Shown: positions 62,842 to 64,000 of the stretch, piece after piece
How the letters are laid out: each line of letters opens with the position of its first letter
Position numbering within the stretch: position 1 is the stretch's first letter
Origin: a marine group bacterium Sva0996 bin134
GTDB taxonomy: Bacteria; Actinomycetota; Acidimicrobiia; Acidimicrobiales; Bin134
Length of the DNA: 64,000 bases
Direction of reading: 5' to 3'
Assembly (NCBI GenBank): GCA_002239105.1
Contig: MPNQ01000006.1
Location: 69,880-133,879, forward strand
Position numbers and translations under genes: made by a program
Notes under the pieces: generated by a model
Seen by the model: the letters and a program-made list of their open reading frames with translations, nothing else
What the model was told of the DNA's origin: nothing
Databases searched by the model: none

Positions 62842-63938
62842 GTCAACGGCTCTCGGCCCTCTCCGAGGAGGCCGCCCTCGAGCAGCTCCATGCCGCGGGA
62901 TGCACCGATGGGCTGCCAGTGGTGATACCCACCCCCGCCCGAGTTGAGCGCATGGTGTTGGCCTCTGGACTTGACGCTGACGTTTCCCTAGGACAGCTCG
63001 GACCCAATCTGGGAGAGGCCACCGTGGAAAAGGCCGCTATCGCCTCGGTGATGGCCGGCTGTCTGCCCGATTACTTCCCGGCAGTAGTGGCCGCAGTGCG
63101 GGCGGTGTCCGACCCTCGCATGGACATGACGGAGGTGCAGGCCACCACCCACAACCTGGGACCGCTGCTCATCGTGAACGGTCCCGCAGTGGATGCCTGC
63201 GGGATTGCTTCGGGGTTCGGCGCGCTGGGCCCCGGCCACCGGGCCAACGCCTCTATCGGCCGGGCAGTGCGCTTGGCCATGATCAACATCGGCGGCGGGC
63301 GGCCCGGCACCTCTGACATGGCGTTGCTCGGCCATCCCGGCAAGTTCACGTTCTGCCTGGGTGAAGACGAGGAGGCCAGCCCCTGGCCCCCGCTGCACAC
63401 ATCTTTGGGCTACGACATCGACCAGAGCACGGTAACGGTGGCCTGCACCGAGGGGCCGCATTCGGTGCTGTGCTTTCCCGACGACGATCCCGAGGTGTAT
63501 GCCGAGCACCTGCTGAACGTGCTGGCCGCCTCGTTGTCGGGTCTGGGAGCCAACAACACTCACTTTGCCCGTGGTACCCAGGTGCTGGTGCTCAACCCCG
63601 ACCACGCCATCGCCCTAGCCGACGTGGGCCACGACCGCACCACCATTGCCGAGGCCCTGCATGAGCGGGCCAAGCGCTCCTGGTCAGAGTTGTCCACGGT
63701 GCGGGCCCGGGGCTCGGGCATCAACCGCCACCAGCGCAGCCAGGGCGAAGACCCCGACTTGGTTGTACCCGCGCTGAGCAGCCCCGATGCCTTGCTCATC
63801 CTGGTGGCCGGCGGCACCGGTCTGTACTCCGCCGTCATGCCCTCCTGGGGCGCCGGCCCCCACGGCAACGGCCACCTCACGGTGGAAGTCGACCTCGACC
63901 AGTCCTGTGAAATTCCGCTGGTGATGCCTGTTCAATAG
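62838..63938 (+). CDS. conserved hypothetical protein translationally coupled to the UGSC gene
   Basis: The ATG overlaps the upstream stop (ATGA 62838-62841). 366 aa. CTDGLPVVIPT, ATTHNLGPLLIVNGP, GPGHRANASIGRAVRL. No family recognised by eye. Confidence 0.6.
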   Translation: MSQRLSALSEEAALEQLHAAGCTDGLPVVIPTPARVERMVLASGLDADVSLGQLGPNLGEATVEKAAIASVMAGCLPDYFPAVVAAVRAVSDPRMDMTEVQATTHNLGPLLIVNGPAVDACGIASGFGALGPGHRANASIGRAVRLAMINIGGGRPGTSDMALLGHPGKFTFCLGEDEEASPWPPLHTSLGYDIDQSTVTVACTEGPHSVLCFPDDDPEVYAEHLLNVLAASLSGLGANNTHFARGTQVLVLNPDHAIALADVGHDRTTIAEALHERAKRSWSELSTVRARGSGINRHQRSQGEDPDLVVPALSSPDALLILVAGGTGLYSAVMPSWGAGPHGNGHLTVEVDLDQSCEIPLVMPVQ

Positions 63939-64000
63939 GCCCCTATCCCATCGACGCGAAAATGTAGGCATGCGCTGGTAGCGTTGCGCCATGGGTCGAT

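Noticed and set aside
1-64000. Search by eye for tRNA, rRNA, CRISPR repeats, transposase or integrase genes
   Set aside because: None was recognised. Intergenic regions are short (mostly under 150 bp) and contain no cloverleaf-like or repeat-spacer structure. A tRNAscan/Infernal run would be the decisive check.

Overview
64-kb high-GC chromosomal segment that looks actinobacterial (WhiB-like regulator, NucS, Mca-like mycothiol amidase, luciferase-like oxidoreductase). I can support about 60 protein-coding genes and found no rRNA, tRNA or CRISPR array. The backbone has four parts: lipid/sterol-type beta-oxidation genes (acyl-CoA synthetase, two crotonases, MFE-2-type SDR, MaoC hydratase, fused CoA-transferases, two CYP125-like P450s); a PAPS-forming sulfate-activation cluster (SLC13 permease, Sat-CysC fusion, two CysQ paralogues); a PhaC/phasin-like/Hbd cluster; and DNA-repair genes (ogt, nucS, a methyltransferase-Mug fusion). 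There are also three type II toxin-antitoxin pairs. The accessory part (28.7-44.3 kb) holds VapBC and a translationally coupled four-gene Wadjet-like operon in the order jetC-jetA-jetB-jetD. It ends in a compositionally foreign island (39.0-44.3 kb) with a GIY-YIG mini-gene, an SPPY (N4C-type) methyltransferase plus putative endonuclease, and a much lower-GC cassette. That cassette pairs an unlisted 55-aa acidic ORF with an 815-aa Rad50/RloC-like ABC ATPase carrying a CxxC hook, an R-x3-E...H motif and a terminal zinc ribbon; it is my best candidate for an undescribed defence module. Other items worth a second look: an in-frame TGA inside a UGSC-motif gene (probable selenocysteine), a G14-T-G15 tract that splits a thioesterase gene into two frames, a frame-split lipoprotein gene, and an unlisted 56-aa ORF coupled to a secreted nuclease. 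All homology statements come from motif recognition by eye, not from database searches.
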